A stretch of 64,000 nt of DNA. Source: a virus. The notes under the pieces were generated by a model. That model ran no database searches, was not told the DNA's origin, and saw nothing but the letters and a program-made list of their open reading frames with translations. A program made the position numbers and the translations under genes. The DNA lies in the IMG/VR virus record IMGVR_UViG_3300027499_000005, positions 11,643 to 75,642 of that record, one strand, 5' to 3'. How positions within the stretch are numbered: position 1 is the first letter of the stretch; each line of letters opens with the position of its first letter. Positions 14,119-22,248 of the stretch are shown here, one piece after another.

Positions 14119-14214
14119 ACGACAAACATTCCCCCATAAAAACCCACATTCCCCCACAATCCCCCATAATGCCCATCCAAACATAACAAGACAAGATACA
14201 GACAAAGAACCCCG

Positions 14215-14257
14215 AATCCTGCCCCGAACGATCCATCCGTTCGCGGCGGGATTTTTT
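14215..14257 (+). terminator. intrinsic terminator closing the early array
   Basis: AATCCTGCC/GGCGGGATT outer stem plus CGAACG/CGTTCG inner stem, then a T-run. Confidence 0.8.
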
Positions 14258-14699
14258 CATTTCACCGACAGCAATAACCAATAATGACCATTCATCCAAA
14301 CCTTTTCGGCATTACAAAATAGAATAATAAACATTGGATAAGCCAGTAAATACCAATGTTCTCTTCTTATACTTCTAATACAACAATAACGACCGCAAAT
14401 AAATAACCATTACACCTACCCTTCGCTTGGCTATTCTAATAACTGTTGTATAACGTCAGCAATAATCCATTATTCTCTGTGAGGGTGGGCCAACCTACTG
14501 TATTGGTGTCTGCTCTTAGTACCACCACAAAGCCCAAATAACAAGCATTTAAAGCCACTCACAGCAAAGCCTGCTAGTTACAGGCTTCTCTGCTATTCGC
14601 TACCACTTCATTGTGAGGTTCTTTGATCCTATGTTATCTACTATCCAGCTCTTGGATGGCTCCTATCGGCTTGTGAGAAAGCTTCTAAGCACTCTTTCA

Positions 14700-15015
14700 G
14701 GTACCGTTTTATCTACCACCTAGAGAAAGTGTAATCAAATGATACTGGTGCTTTATCCTCGCTGTCAACGGAAGAACAGAGAATGCAGTAGCTATCAGCA
14801 TTCTCTGGCTAATGGGCATTGTAAGTCCCTCACAACGGTATGCTTTAGGATACCTGAAAGGAGTGTTTCGACTTGTACTATTCTATCTTCACCTAGAGCA
14901 AAGTGAATAAAACAATAATAGTGCTTGTAAGCCCCTCACAGCGAATACGGCGATAACATAGGCGCTATCAATGTTCTCTCGATAATGGGCTTCTAAAGCG
15001 CCTCACAACGGCCAT
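14700..15015. repeat. imperfect tandem duplication (period about 173 bp) in the non-coding boundary
   Basis: 48-nt copies at 14791-14838 and 14964-15011 (37/48 identical); CACCTAGAG(C)AAAGTG near 14717 and 14890. Confidence 0.8.
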
Positions 15016-15386
15016 CCCCAAATGCCCCCAAAGGTATTCAGTTTTCTCTAGGTGCTAACAGAACTATCACCAATACCTAAATAACAAAGGTCAAAGGATT
15101 CCTTTCAGAAGCCTCCGAAAATGACTGTCTTTTAAAAGTCGATGTTCTTCGAAACTACCTTATCAGGGTACCCCCTCCCCCTCCCCTCCTCTGTGAGCCA
15201 GGTTGTAAGTACCATAGGGGGAAACCGGTTTTTTGCGGGCCTAATACACTCGCACAACCCCAAGAAAAAATGAGAGATTTAAGAAGAGGCTCCAAGCATG
15301 GCTCCCTGTTATTCCCGAAAAAACAAATGACCTTTCAAAAGGCAGGTTGGCAAAAAAATCCCAAGGGAAAAATGTGAGATTTTTTG

Positions 15387-15396
15387 ACTATTTATT
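15387..15396 (+). promoter_or_regulatory. putative phage late promoter motif ACTATTTATT
   Basis: Intergenic, 22 nt upstream of ATG 15419; the motif recurs before many late genes. Confidence 0.7.
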
Positions 15397-15418
15397 GGTG
15401 AACCATAAGGGAAAAAAT

Positions 15419-16930
15419 ATGAGATTTTCAGTAAGCGAATTTCGGGATATCATCAAGGAGGAAATCACAAGGGTATTGGATGAAGCAACAGCCGATCCTT
15501 CAGGACAAGATGAGCAAGGCTCTTTCAGACTTCCACCAATCAAGATTGCAGAAACTTGGGGTCGTCTGGAGAATGGTGACCGCGAGCGTTTATGGCGTTT
15601 TGCCAAGAATCTGCAAGGTGAAACTCTAGAAGCCAAAATTACACAAATTAACAAGTATCTCACAGCCCCGGCCAAAGGTGCAGATGTAAACGAGATTTTG
15701 TCTGTAATGATGATTACAGAAATTCTATCTAACATCCTTACAGACTTTACCGAGTCTGCCGCTGGCTTCATTTTTGAAGCTTTCTTAGCTGGTTTGTTCG
15801 GCAAAGATTCAGTCCAAATCGTAGACGTTGAAGGCGTCGAAGACGAGGACGATTCACAAGGCGAAGGTCAAAAAGGCAAGCCAATTACCGACGTTGTTTT
15901 AGGCGGAAAGCATTACTCCCTAAAGCTACTCAAAGCCAAAGGAATGTTGGATCCAAATACAGGTAAAAGGTCAGCAGGAACTCAAGTTAAAGGTTCTTGG
16001 AGAAACATGTTAAGCCACCTTTTGAGCCAACCAGAGGTAACTTATCTTGATGTTAGAAAAGAGGCTACTGGTCAGCAACTTTCGTTTGGCGAAGTCACTG
16101 TCAAACTAGAAAACTTGTATAAAATCTTTATTGATCCATTCTTGCAACCAGTTGCTAAAGGCAAAGCAGTAACTATTAAAGACGTAGATCAGTTTATCGA
16201 TCTTGTTATCAATCAGGCCAAAAATGATCTATTTATTGGAAGATCTGTGGTTGAATTGAAACCAAACCTTCCAGATGAAACTGAAGAATTCGTGAGACAA
16301 TACGCAAAGAGACGCCCCGGACCATTACAAGAAGATTTGAGTCCAAATGAGAGACAGTTTACATTTGATGATTTTGCAGACATGGCCAATAGCGACCCAG
16401 AGGTTCTAAGAGATAAATTTGAAGATGTAAAATTCCCAACCGATATGAAGTATCGCCCACTAAGTCAAGCTCCAATTCTATTCAGAATGTTTGGAGGTCC
16501 AGATAACATGCGTAAATTCTATGACCTATCCAAGCAATACGAAGAAAATCCAAGTCAGGAAACAAGAGCAGCGTTATTCGACATGATTAAAAAGCTGCCA
16601 GATGTTGTTGGCAAAGTTCAATTCGCATTCAGCCAAAAACAATTTGAAAGCATTTCTGAATTTAGACACATTGGCTCTTTGAACCTCGAAGAAGGCAGTC
16701 TAAAACAACTATGGCTACAGAACGCTCAATTACTAGAACAAACAATCGCACCTGTTTACCGTGCATTTGACGATTTCAGCAATAGCATAGAAAACTACTT
16801 TACATCAGGCCAAGGGGATTTCGGACGCAAAGCATACGGTGACAAAGCCATTACATCCTCCGCAGACTTAAACAAAACCACGACAGCAGCCGTTACAAAG
16901 ATGGAAGCTGCCCGCGACCAAAACAAGTAA
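15419..16930 (+). CDS. putative head-internal protein with PD-(D/E)xK-like nuclease motifs
   Basis: N-terminal EFRDIIKEE motif; GFIFEAFLAGL...KPITDVVLGGKHYSLKLL (E...D...SxK); AAGGG RBS supports ATG 15419. Confidence 0.5.
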   Translation: MRFSVSEFRDIIKEEITRVLDEATADPSGQDEQGSFRLPPIKIAETWGRLENGDRERLWRFAKNLQGETLEAKITQINKYLTAPAKGADVNEILSVMMITEILSNILTDFTESAAGFIFEAFLAGLFGKDSVQIVDVEGVEDEDDSQGEGQKGKPITDVVLGGKHYSLKLLKAKGMLDPNTGKRSAGTQVKGSWRNMLSHLLSQPEVTYLDVRKEATGQQLSFGEVTVKLENLYKIFIDPFLQPVAKGKAVTIKDVDQFIDLVINQAKNDLFIGRSVVELKPNLPDETEEFVRQYAKRRPGPLQEDLSPNERQFTFDDFADMANSDPEVLRDKFEDVKFPTDMKYRPLSQAPILFRMFGGPDNMRKFYDLSKQYEENPSQETRAALFDMIKKLPDVVGKVQFAFSQKQFESISEFRHIGSLNLEEGSLKQLWLQNAQLLEQTIAPVYRAFDDFSNSIENYFTSGQGDFGRKAYGDKAITSSADLNKTTTAAVTKMEAARDQNK

Positions 16931-16939
16931 TCGCCTCTT

Positions 16940-16975
16940 GACGCCCTGTTCTTTTGAGCAGGGCGTCTTTGTTTT
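16940..16975 (+). terminator. intrinsic terminator
   Basis: GACGCCCTGTTC-TTTT-GAGCAGGGCGTC then TTTGTTTT. Confidence 0.85.
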
Positions 16976-16982
16976 CAAAATG

Positions 16983-16992
16983 ACTATTTATT
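16983..16992 (+). promoter_or_regulatory. putative late promoter ACTATTTATT
   Basis: Directly after the terminator, 15 nt before ATG 17008. Confidence 0.75.
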
Positions 16993-17007
16993 GGGCGAGG
17001 TTCAATA

Positions 17008-17994
17008 ATGTATTCGTCGTTTAAGAAGCACCAACTCATAACCGAATCGTGGAGAAGGTTTCTTCTTGAAGCATCCGAAGAAGAGAAGAAGCATTTTGGT
17101 GATTGGATTGATGAAGAATTTCTTGATCAATTTCAAAAATATATATACGAAAAATCCCAAGATTATTACCTCGAAGAAGTTCCAACAGATAAGCTTAAGT
17201 TTATTGGGCAAGGTTCTTTCCGAGGAGTCTATCGTCCAAAGGGCGATAAGGATTATGTTGTTAAGTTTGCTCTTGGTGACGACGGCAGAGAAATGAATAA
17301 AACGGAATTTGAATTCCAAACCAAAAACGATTTATTTGCAAAAGTGTTTAAACATTCAGATGATTTTTCTTGGATTGTTATGGAATCTTTGAGAACAATT
17401 AAAAAGAATTCAGTTTTTAACGACTTCTTTCCGGAAATTGCAAGCATGTTTAACCAACTTGGAATGGAATGGCAGACCCACAGGTTTATAACAGAAACAG
17501 TTTTTGGTCCCTTGAAGGTTAATAATCAAAGCGGTGCTTTGTCCCAAAGCTCCCCAAGCGCATCCGGTTGGGATATTGCTTATAAGGATGTTATTATCGC
17601 TGCGTTCCATAGATCAGCATATCTTGACTCTCCTGAATTTCAGGATAAGATTCTTGTTCCTGGGTTGGAGGAATTGAGGAAAAAAATCGAATCAGAAGGC
17701 GATCCAGAAAAGCTGAATGAGTTTATGGAAATGCAAAAAAGTTTGTTTGATAAAAAACAATCCATTTCAATCAGAAAAGAACAAAGATTTAAATTATTAT
17801 TTTCAACCCTTGAAAAAATCCTTGAACAAAGACTTATTCAGTTTTGCATCAGCTTTCCTCTTGTTCAAAGAATAAGAAGGGTCATCAAAGACTTTGGACT
17901 TCTTCATTCAGAGATAAGAGTGCTTAATACCGGTGTTAACTCAAAAGGAGAATTCAAAATCTTGGATGCTTCGGTTGAAGAACAAATAGGATAA
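17008..17994 (+). CDS. atypical protein-kinase-like protein
   Basis: G-loop GQGSFRGVY, VVKFA lysine, helix-C Glu, hinge IVMESL, catalytic-loop HSEIRVLN, KILDAS. Confidence 0.65.
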   Translation: MYSSFKKHQLITESWRRFLLEASEEEKKHFGDWIDEEFLDQFQKYIYEKSQDYYLEEVPTDKLKFIGQGSFRGVYRPKGDKDYVVKFALGDDGREMNKTEFEFQTKNDLFAKVFKHSDDFSWIVMESLRTIKKNSVFNDFFPEIASMFNQLGMEWQTHRFITETVFGPLKVNNQSGALSQSSPSASGWDIAYKDVIIAAFHRSAYLDSPEFQDKILVPGLEELRKKIESEGDPEKLNEFMEMQKSLFDKKQSISIRKEQRFKLLFSTLEKILEQRLIQFCISFPLVQRIRRVIKDFGLLHSEIRVLNTGVNSKGEFKILDASVEEQIG

Positions 17995-18004
17995 ACTATT
18001 TATT
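17995..18004 (+). promoter_or_regulatory. putative late promoter ACTATTTATT
   Basis: Immediately after the stop, upstream of ATG 18055. Confidence 0.65.
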
Positions 18005-18054
18005 GTTAAAAAGTGTGTCGCGACATTTTATGTTAAAATCAAAAGGAGAATGAG

Positions 18055-18333
18055 ATGAAACTTACAGTGAATCAACTTCGTCGCATTATTAAGGAAGAAG
18101 TTGCAAGAACCCTTGGTGAAGCTCGCGGAGCAATCAACGAAATGACATTACCAGAAATGTATGAGCAATTTATCAGCGCGCTGGAGGCCGAGCTATCGGA
18201 TCCAGATACACAAGAAACCGCATTGGCCGGTCTTCGCAGATTGCTGGGAGTTAAGGTTAGTGATGAACTACTTGCCCGTGAAAAAGCAGCTCGCGAAGAG
18301 AAGAAAGCCAAAGGCGAGAAATTTAATATTTGA
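18055..18333 (+). CDS. small protein with QLRRIIKEE N-terminal motif
   Basis: MKLTVNQLRRIIKEEV; AGGAG RBS. Confidence 0.8.
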   Translation: MKLTVNQLRRIIKEEVARTLGEARGAINEMTLPEMYEQFISALEAELSDPDTQETALAGLRRLLGVKVSDELLAREKAAREEKKAKGEKFNI

Positions 18334-18354
18334 TTCTTAACCTTGTCCAACCCG

Positions 18355-18385
18355 AATGCCCTGTCTTTATGGCAGGGCGTTTTTG
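18355..18385 (+). terminator. intrinsic terminator
   Basis: GCCCTGTC-TTTAT-GGCAGGGC then GTTTTT; resembles the 16940 terminator. Confidence 0.8.
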
Positions 18386-18397
18386 TTTGTTGCTCTC

Positions 18398-18405
18398 CTA
18401 TTTAT
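18398..18405 (+). promoter_or_regulatory. putative late promoter CTATTTAT
   Basis: After the terminator, 17 nt before ATG 18423. Confidence 0.7.
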
Positions 18406-18422
18406 CCTACTAGGGGAACATA

Positions 18423-18773
18423 ATGAAAATCACAATAAACCAACTTCGTCAGATTATCAAGGAAGAAATCTCAAAATCTGCTTTGATGAAAGAAATGAAC
18501 GACTTTGCAGAAGAAGATGCTGCTTGGAAAGCTTTCACAACAGCGGTGAAAAATGCCAAACCTCACGACAATCTATTGAGTGATATTCTGCATGGTAGTC
18601 TTGAAAAGCTTGTTTATGTTATGCCGTATAACCCACAACTGAAGTCTATCCAATCAGACTTGTTGGATCAAATCAAACAGGATCTGTCTGCCGAAGAACA
18701 AATGGAAATAATCGATGGTCTGGAGGATAGAGTAAGGGAAGCTCTTGGATTTGAAGGTGAAGGATACTACTGA
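18423..18773 (+). CDS. small protein with QLRQIIKEE N-terminal motif
   Basis: MKITINQLRQIIKEEI. Confidence 0.8.
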   Translation: MKITINQLRQIIKEEISKSALMKEMNDFAEEDAAWKAFTTAVKNAKPHDNLLSDILHGSLEKLVYVMPYNPQLKSIQSDLLDQIKQDLSAEEQMEIIDGLEDRVREALGFEGEGYY

Positions 18774-18799
18774 TCTGAGCGGGTGCTATTTACCTTATA

Positions 18800-19234
18800 A
18801 TGCTCAAGAAACTTATCTTCGGTTTTGCTATCGCAATCATTCTTCTTGCTTGCGTTGTTGTTGAGACAGCGGAAAAAAGTATTATCGAGGTTGTCCAGTA
18901 TGAATGGTGGAGTCTAAAGCAAGCAAACCTCTTTATCTCGGAGGATGCTTGCTTTTATATTGATCCAAATAACTTGCTGCTTTATATTCATTATGTTGAT
19001 TCAGGAGATTACTGGACTTATAACCTTGAATATGATGTGAATAAAAATGTCTTTTCTGTTGCAGATACTTCATTCTCTTTTTGGTTTCTTGGAGAAGAAG
19101 AAGCCCCAGAGGTTATTGTGAAGATGGGCGGATTGCAAAAGAAAAGCGAAATGGCCTTGTGCTATCCGCCAGATACGGTCGCGACCAGACTTGTCGAAAA
19201 CGTCTCCAAAATGGTAAGGTTTGTTATAAACTAA
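18800..19234 (+). CDS. putative lipoprotein / exported protein
   Basis: MLKKLIFGFAIAIILLAC signal with a lipobox-like LLAC. Confidence 0.6.
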   Translation: MLKKLIFGFAIAIILLACVVVETAEKSIIEVVQYEWWSLKQANLFISEDACFYIDPNNLLLYIHYVDSGDYWTYNLEYDVNKNVFSVADTSFSFWFLGEEEAPEVIVKMGGLQKKSEMALCYPPDTVATRLVENVSKMVRFVIN

Positions 19235-19244
19235 ACTATTTATT
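19235..19244 (+). promoter_or_regulatory. putative late promoter ACTATTTATT
   Basis: 17 nt before ATG 19262. Confidence 0.7.
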
Positions 19245-19261
19245 GACGGAGTGCCCAAAAA

Positions 19262-19567
19262 ATGAAAATGCGTTTGCTTATGGAAAACTGGTCTAACTAT
19301 GTTGCTGAGAATGAGGAGAAGACTCTCGATGAGGGTCTTGCGAACAAAGCGGCTGCTATTCCAGTTTTAGTTGCTGCCTTGTGGGGCGCAGATGCCACGA
19401 AACATGGTGATGTGACAACCCCTGTCAAACATGTACTCGATGTAATGCAGGTCGTTGCTAACGAGATCCCTGAAGGAGAGGAAATCAACGCTGCTAGCTT
19501 TATGGAGGCTCTTGCTACTAAGCTGGCGAATAAAGCAAGCGAAGTTGTATCTGGTGAGGAAGACTGA
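19262..19567 (+). CDS. small hypothetical with MKxLMENW N-terminal motif
   Basis: MKMRLLMENWSNYVAENEEKTLDEG. Confidence 0.75.
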   Translation: MKMRLLMENWSNYVAENEEKTLDEGLANKAAAIPVLVAALWGADATKHGDVTTPVKHVLDVMQVVANEIPEGEEINAASFMEALATKLANKASEVVSGEED

Positions 19568-19896
19568 TGAAAGTATCTCAGGATCGACTTCGCCAAATCA
19601 TCAAGGAAGAAGTCACAAAACAAATCAGCGAAATCGTTGGTGACTTGACTATTCCTTATGATGATGAGACTTTGACAAAGGCCGGTATTCTTGGACCCCA
19701 CGGCAAGCCAAGACCAAGGAAGCCAATCTCTCCTTTCATTCCTTGGGAAGAAGTTAGCGATGAAGCTAAACAAATCGCTAGTGAACTTGAGAATGCCGAA
19801 GACTTCCGTGTTCTTGTTGGCCACAGTGAAACAACTTCTCTTGTACAGAAAGTGCTTGATTTATTGCGCCGCAAAGGTGTAGGATTCGGTGAATGA
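19567..19896 (+). CDS. small protein with RLRQIIKEE N-terminal motif
   Basis: MKVSQDRLRQIIKEEV; TGATG overlap. Confidence 0.8.
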   Translation: MKVSQDRLRQIIKEEVTKQISEIVGDLTIPYDDETLTKAGILGPHGKPRPRKPISPFIPWEEVSDEAKQIASELENAEDFRVLVGHSETTSLVQKVLDLLRRKGVGFGE

Positions 19897-20690
19897 TGAA
19901 ACTATTCGAAGCTAAGTGGAGACAGTTTATCAACGAAGAAGTTTCTCCTTCAAAGACTGCTTACTTTTTTGATTTTGATGAAACCTTGGCATTTGATAAG
20001 AATCCAACATATCTTTATTTTTTCGATAATGAACAAACTGCTGATGATCCAATCGCCAAGCAACTTCAAAGTAAAGAAGAACCAAGTCCTGTTTTTGACG
20101 CCGAAGGCGGCGAGATTATCGATCCATCAACTGGCGAACAAGCTGCTGGTTGGGTATATCAGGTAATCGAAGACCAACATACTCTTGACAAAATGACAAA
20201 GCAGTTTGATAATGATCAAAATCGTCATCGTTTTTTCTTTGATTATTCTCGCTCTAGAATCGTTAACGAACCAACAATCAATGTTCGTGTTATGAATATC
20301 TTCCTTAACAAGCTGCAAGATTCTCAAAATAATACTGTTTGCATCTTGACCGCTCGCGGTTCTGATGTTCAAGACGATTTGATGAATCTTTTCGATGATC
20401 TTCTCCGTCAAAAGAAAAGACAAACCTCTGTTCTCTCTGACCTTCACATTTTTACACTCGGATCAGGAGAATATGGCACAAGATCAAAAGGCGAGTTCAT
20501 GGCTCAGTATTACCGCGAGAATCCTGAAGTTCAGAACGTTGCATTCTATGAGGATTCTGAAACAAACTTGGCCGGTGCAAAGGCAGCATTTGAGAATCCA
20601 GAGTTCAGAATGATGCTTGAAGAGCGCGGCGGAAATGCTGTTATTTACAAGGTTGTCCACGGCGATCCACAAGTTTATTTGACCGTTTGA
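19893..20690 (+). CDS. HAD-superfamily phosphatase
   Basis: Motif I FDFDETL, motif II ILTARG, motif IV FYEDSETNL. Confidence 0.8.
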   Translation: MMKLFEAKWRQFINEEVSPSKTAYFFDFDETLAFDKNPTYLYFFDNEQTADDPIAKQLQSKEEPSPVFDAEGGEIIDPSTGEQAAGWVYQVIEDQHTLDKMTKQFDNDQNRHRFFFDYSRSRIVNEPTINVRVMNIFLNKLQDSQNNTVCILTARGSDVQDDLMNLFDDLLRQKKRQTSVLSDLHIFTLGSGEYGTRSKGEFMAQYYRENPEVQNVAFYEDSETNLAGAKAAFENPEFRMMLEERGGNAVIYKVVHGDPQVYLTV

Positions 20691-20693
20691 TCA

Positions 20694-20735
20694 GATATAA
20701 CACCTCAGAACTATTTATTGTCTGAGGTGTATATC
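20694..20735 (+). promoter_or_regulatory. late promoter motif in the loop of an RBS-occluding hairpin
   Basis: ACACCTCAGA / TCTGAGGTGT 10-bp stem with loop ACTATTTATTG; the right arm contains SD GAGGTG of ATG 20738. Confidence 0.75.
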
Positions 20736-20737
20736 AA

Positions 20738-22237
20738 ATGTCAGGATTCGCCCACAAAACTTACGGTACTGTCCAAATCGGCGGTCCTAATACTTCCTTT
20801 GATGAAATAAGAGTTGCAGAGCTTACACCTGTTGCTCAATGTGATTACGCATACGGCATAAATACCGATGTTGTAAATACAATCACATTTGCTGGCGGGA
20901 CCGTAACGCACGAAAACGGTATGGCTTCTGTCAATACTGGTACAGGTTCAACTGGTATCGCTGATGTTTCTTTGCGCCGTATCTTAAAGTATCGTGCTGG
21001 CGTTGGATCTTTGTCCAGAGCTACTGCTATGTTTGACACGCCTATCGCAAACACGACACAACTTGTTGGTCCCTCTAATGCGGAGTGTGGTTATTTCTTT
21101 GGATACACGGGAACAAACTTTGGCATTTTTCACTTTGAAAGAGGACAGAGAGAGATAAGAAAACTAACAGTCTCTACTGGTGCTGGAACAGGGTTGGTTA
21201 CTGTAACTTTGGATGGTGTATCGGTACAAGTTCCTGTCACTGGTGGTAGCAACGTCAATCGCACTTCCTACGAGTTGGCACGATACGATTATTCAAATGT
21301 TGGCGATGGTTGGTTGGCAGACGCTATTGATGGTACTGTGTTCTTTTTGTCTTCCCGGCCAAGTTCTCACACCGGTTCTTACTCGGTAAGCGATAACTCT
21401 ATTACTGGATCGTTTAGTTCCATTACTGCTGGTAGCGGTAGTTCTGTTGCATTTATTCCGCAAAGCACTTGGAACATAGACAAAATGGATGGTACCGGAC
21501 AAAGCAGAATGGTATTGAATCCCCAGAAAGGCAACGTCTACCAAATAGGGTTTCAATACCTTGGATTCGGAAATGCGTTCTTCTCTATTGAAGATAGCAA
21601 AACAGGTAGACCTGCACCAGTTCATATGATTGAGAACACAAACAACCGTACAACGCCTGTATTGAAGAACCCGCAAGTAACTTCCAGAGTCGTTGCTATT
21701 AACAATGGCAATACTTCAAACTTGTCAATCAAAACTGTTAGTATGGCGAACTTTACAGAAGGTAAAGCAGTAAAACTTGATCCAAGATACTCACATTCTT
21801 TCAACTATTCCGCCGTTAATACTGCTGGTGCTTTTCAGCCAATCGGTGCGTTAAAAGTCAATAGAGTATTCAACAGCCTAACCTGTTTTGGTGAAATGGA
21901 TTTGTTGAGAGTTGGCGCTTCAAATGAAAGTACTTCCAAGAATCTAACCATCGCCTTGTACAAAGGTGTCAGAATAAATGGAAACGTAAACTTTCAATAT
22001 GTAAGTCAAAACAACAGTATTGTATCGTATGCTATCCTTACACCGGGAACAGATACCATCACTACAAACGGGGCTGTTCCATTTTTGATTTTCCAAGTAG
22101 GCTCAAATAACGCTACTTCAATAGACATAATACCGGATGATTTTATTATCGCAGCAGGAGAAGTAGTTGTTGTAGCCGTATCTACTACTGGTCCAGTAAG
22201 CGGTGACTTTACAGTAAACTGGTATGAGCAACAATAA
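20738..22237 (+). CDS. beta-rich putative virion structural protein
   Basis: 499 aa, G/T/S/N-rich, late motif upstream; no catalytic motifs seen. Confidence 0.6.
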   Translation: MSGFAHKTYGTVQIGGPNTSFDEIRVAELTPVAQCDYAYGINTDVVNTITFAGGTVTHENGMASVNTGTGSTGIADVSLRRILKYRAGVGSLSRATAMFDTPIANTTQLVGPSNAECGYFFGYTGTNFGIFHFERGQREIRKLTVSTGAGTGLVTVTLDGVSVQVPVTGGSNVNRTSYELARYDYSNVGDGWLADAIDGTVFFLSSRPSSHTGSYSVSDNSITGSFSSITAGSGSSVAFIPQSTWNIDKMDGTGQSRMVLNPQKGNVYQIGFQYLGFGNAFFSIEDSKTGRPAPVHMIENTNNRTTPVLKNPQVTSRVVAINNGNTSNLSIKTVSMANFTEGKAVKLDPRYSHSFNYSAVNTAGAFQPIGALKVNRVFNSLTCFGEMDLLRVGASNESTSKNLTIALYKGVRINGNVNFQYVSQNNSIVSYAILTPGTDTITTNGAVPFLIFQVGSNNATSIDIIPDDFIIAAGEVVVVAVSTTGPVSGDFTVNWYEQQ

Positions 22238-22248
22238 AGAGGTAACAA

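Noticed and set aside
11583-14121. CRISPR-like interpretation of the ~212-bp periodic array
   Set aside because: The junctions are degenerate, the spacers are ~170 bp and protein-coding, and there is no cas1/cas2. The Cas4-like gene is 22 kb away and stand-alone.
9449-15346. tRNA or other known RNA genes in the two long non-coding regions
   Set aside because: No cloverleaf, T-loop GTTCGA context or CCA end could be assembled by eye. A covariance-model search would be needed to exclude other ncRNAs.
1321-15418. Upstream-extended starts in the ORF track (1321, 4849, 5789, 8192, 10167, 15347)
   Set aside because: These extensions run through promoter leaders or hairpins. Shine-Dalgarno-like sites and/or protein motifs support the downstream ATGs (1363, 4905 in another frame, 5852, 8291, 10227, 15419).
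17984-18000. Kinase gene ending QIG* with ATAGGATAAACTA, resembling the microgene junction at 2520
   Set aside because: Only a short match in AT-rich sequence and no GDL-type gene follows; probably coincidence.
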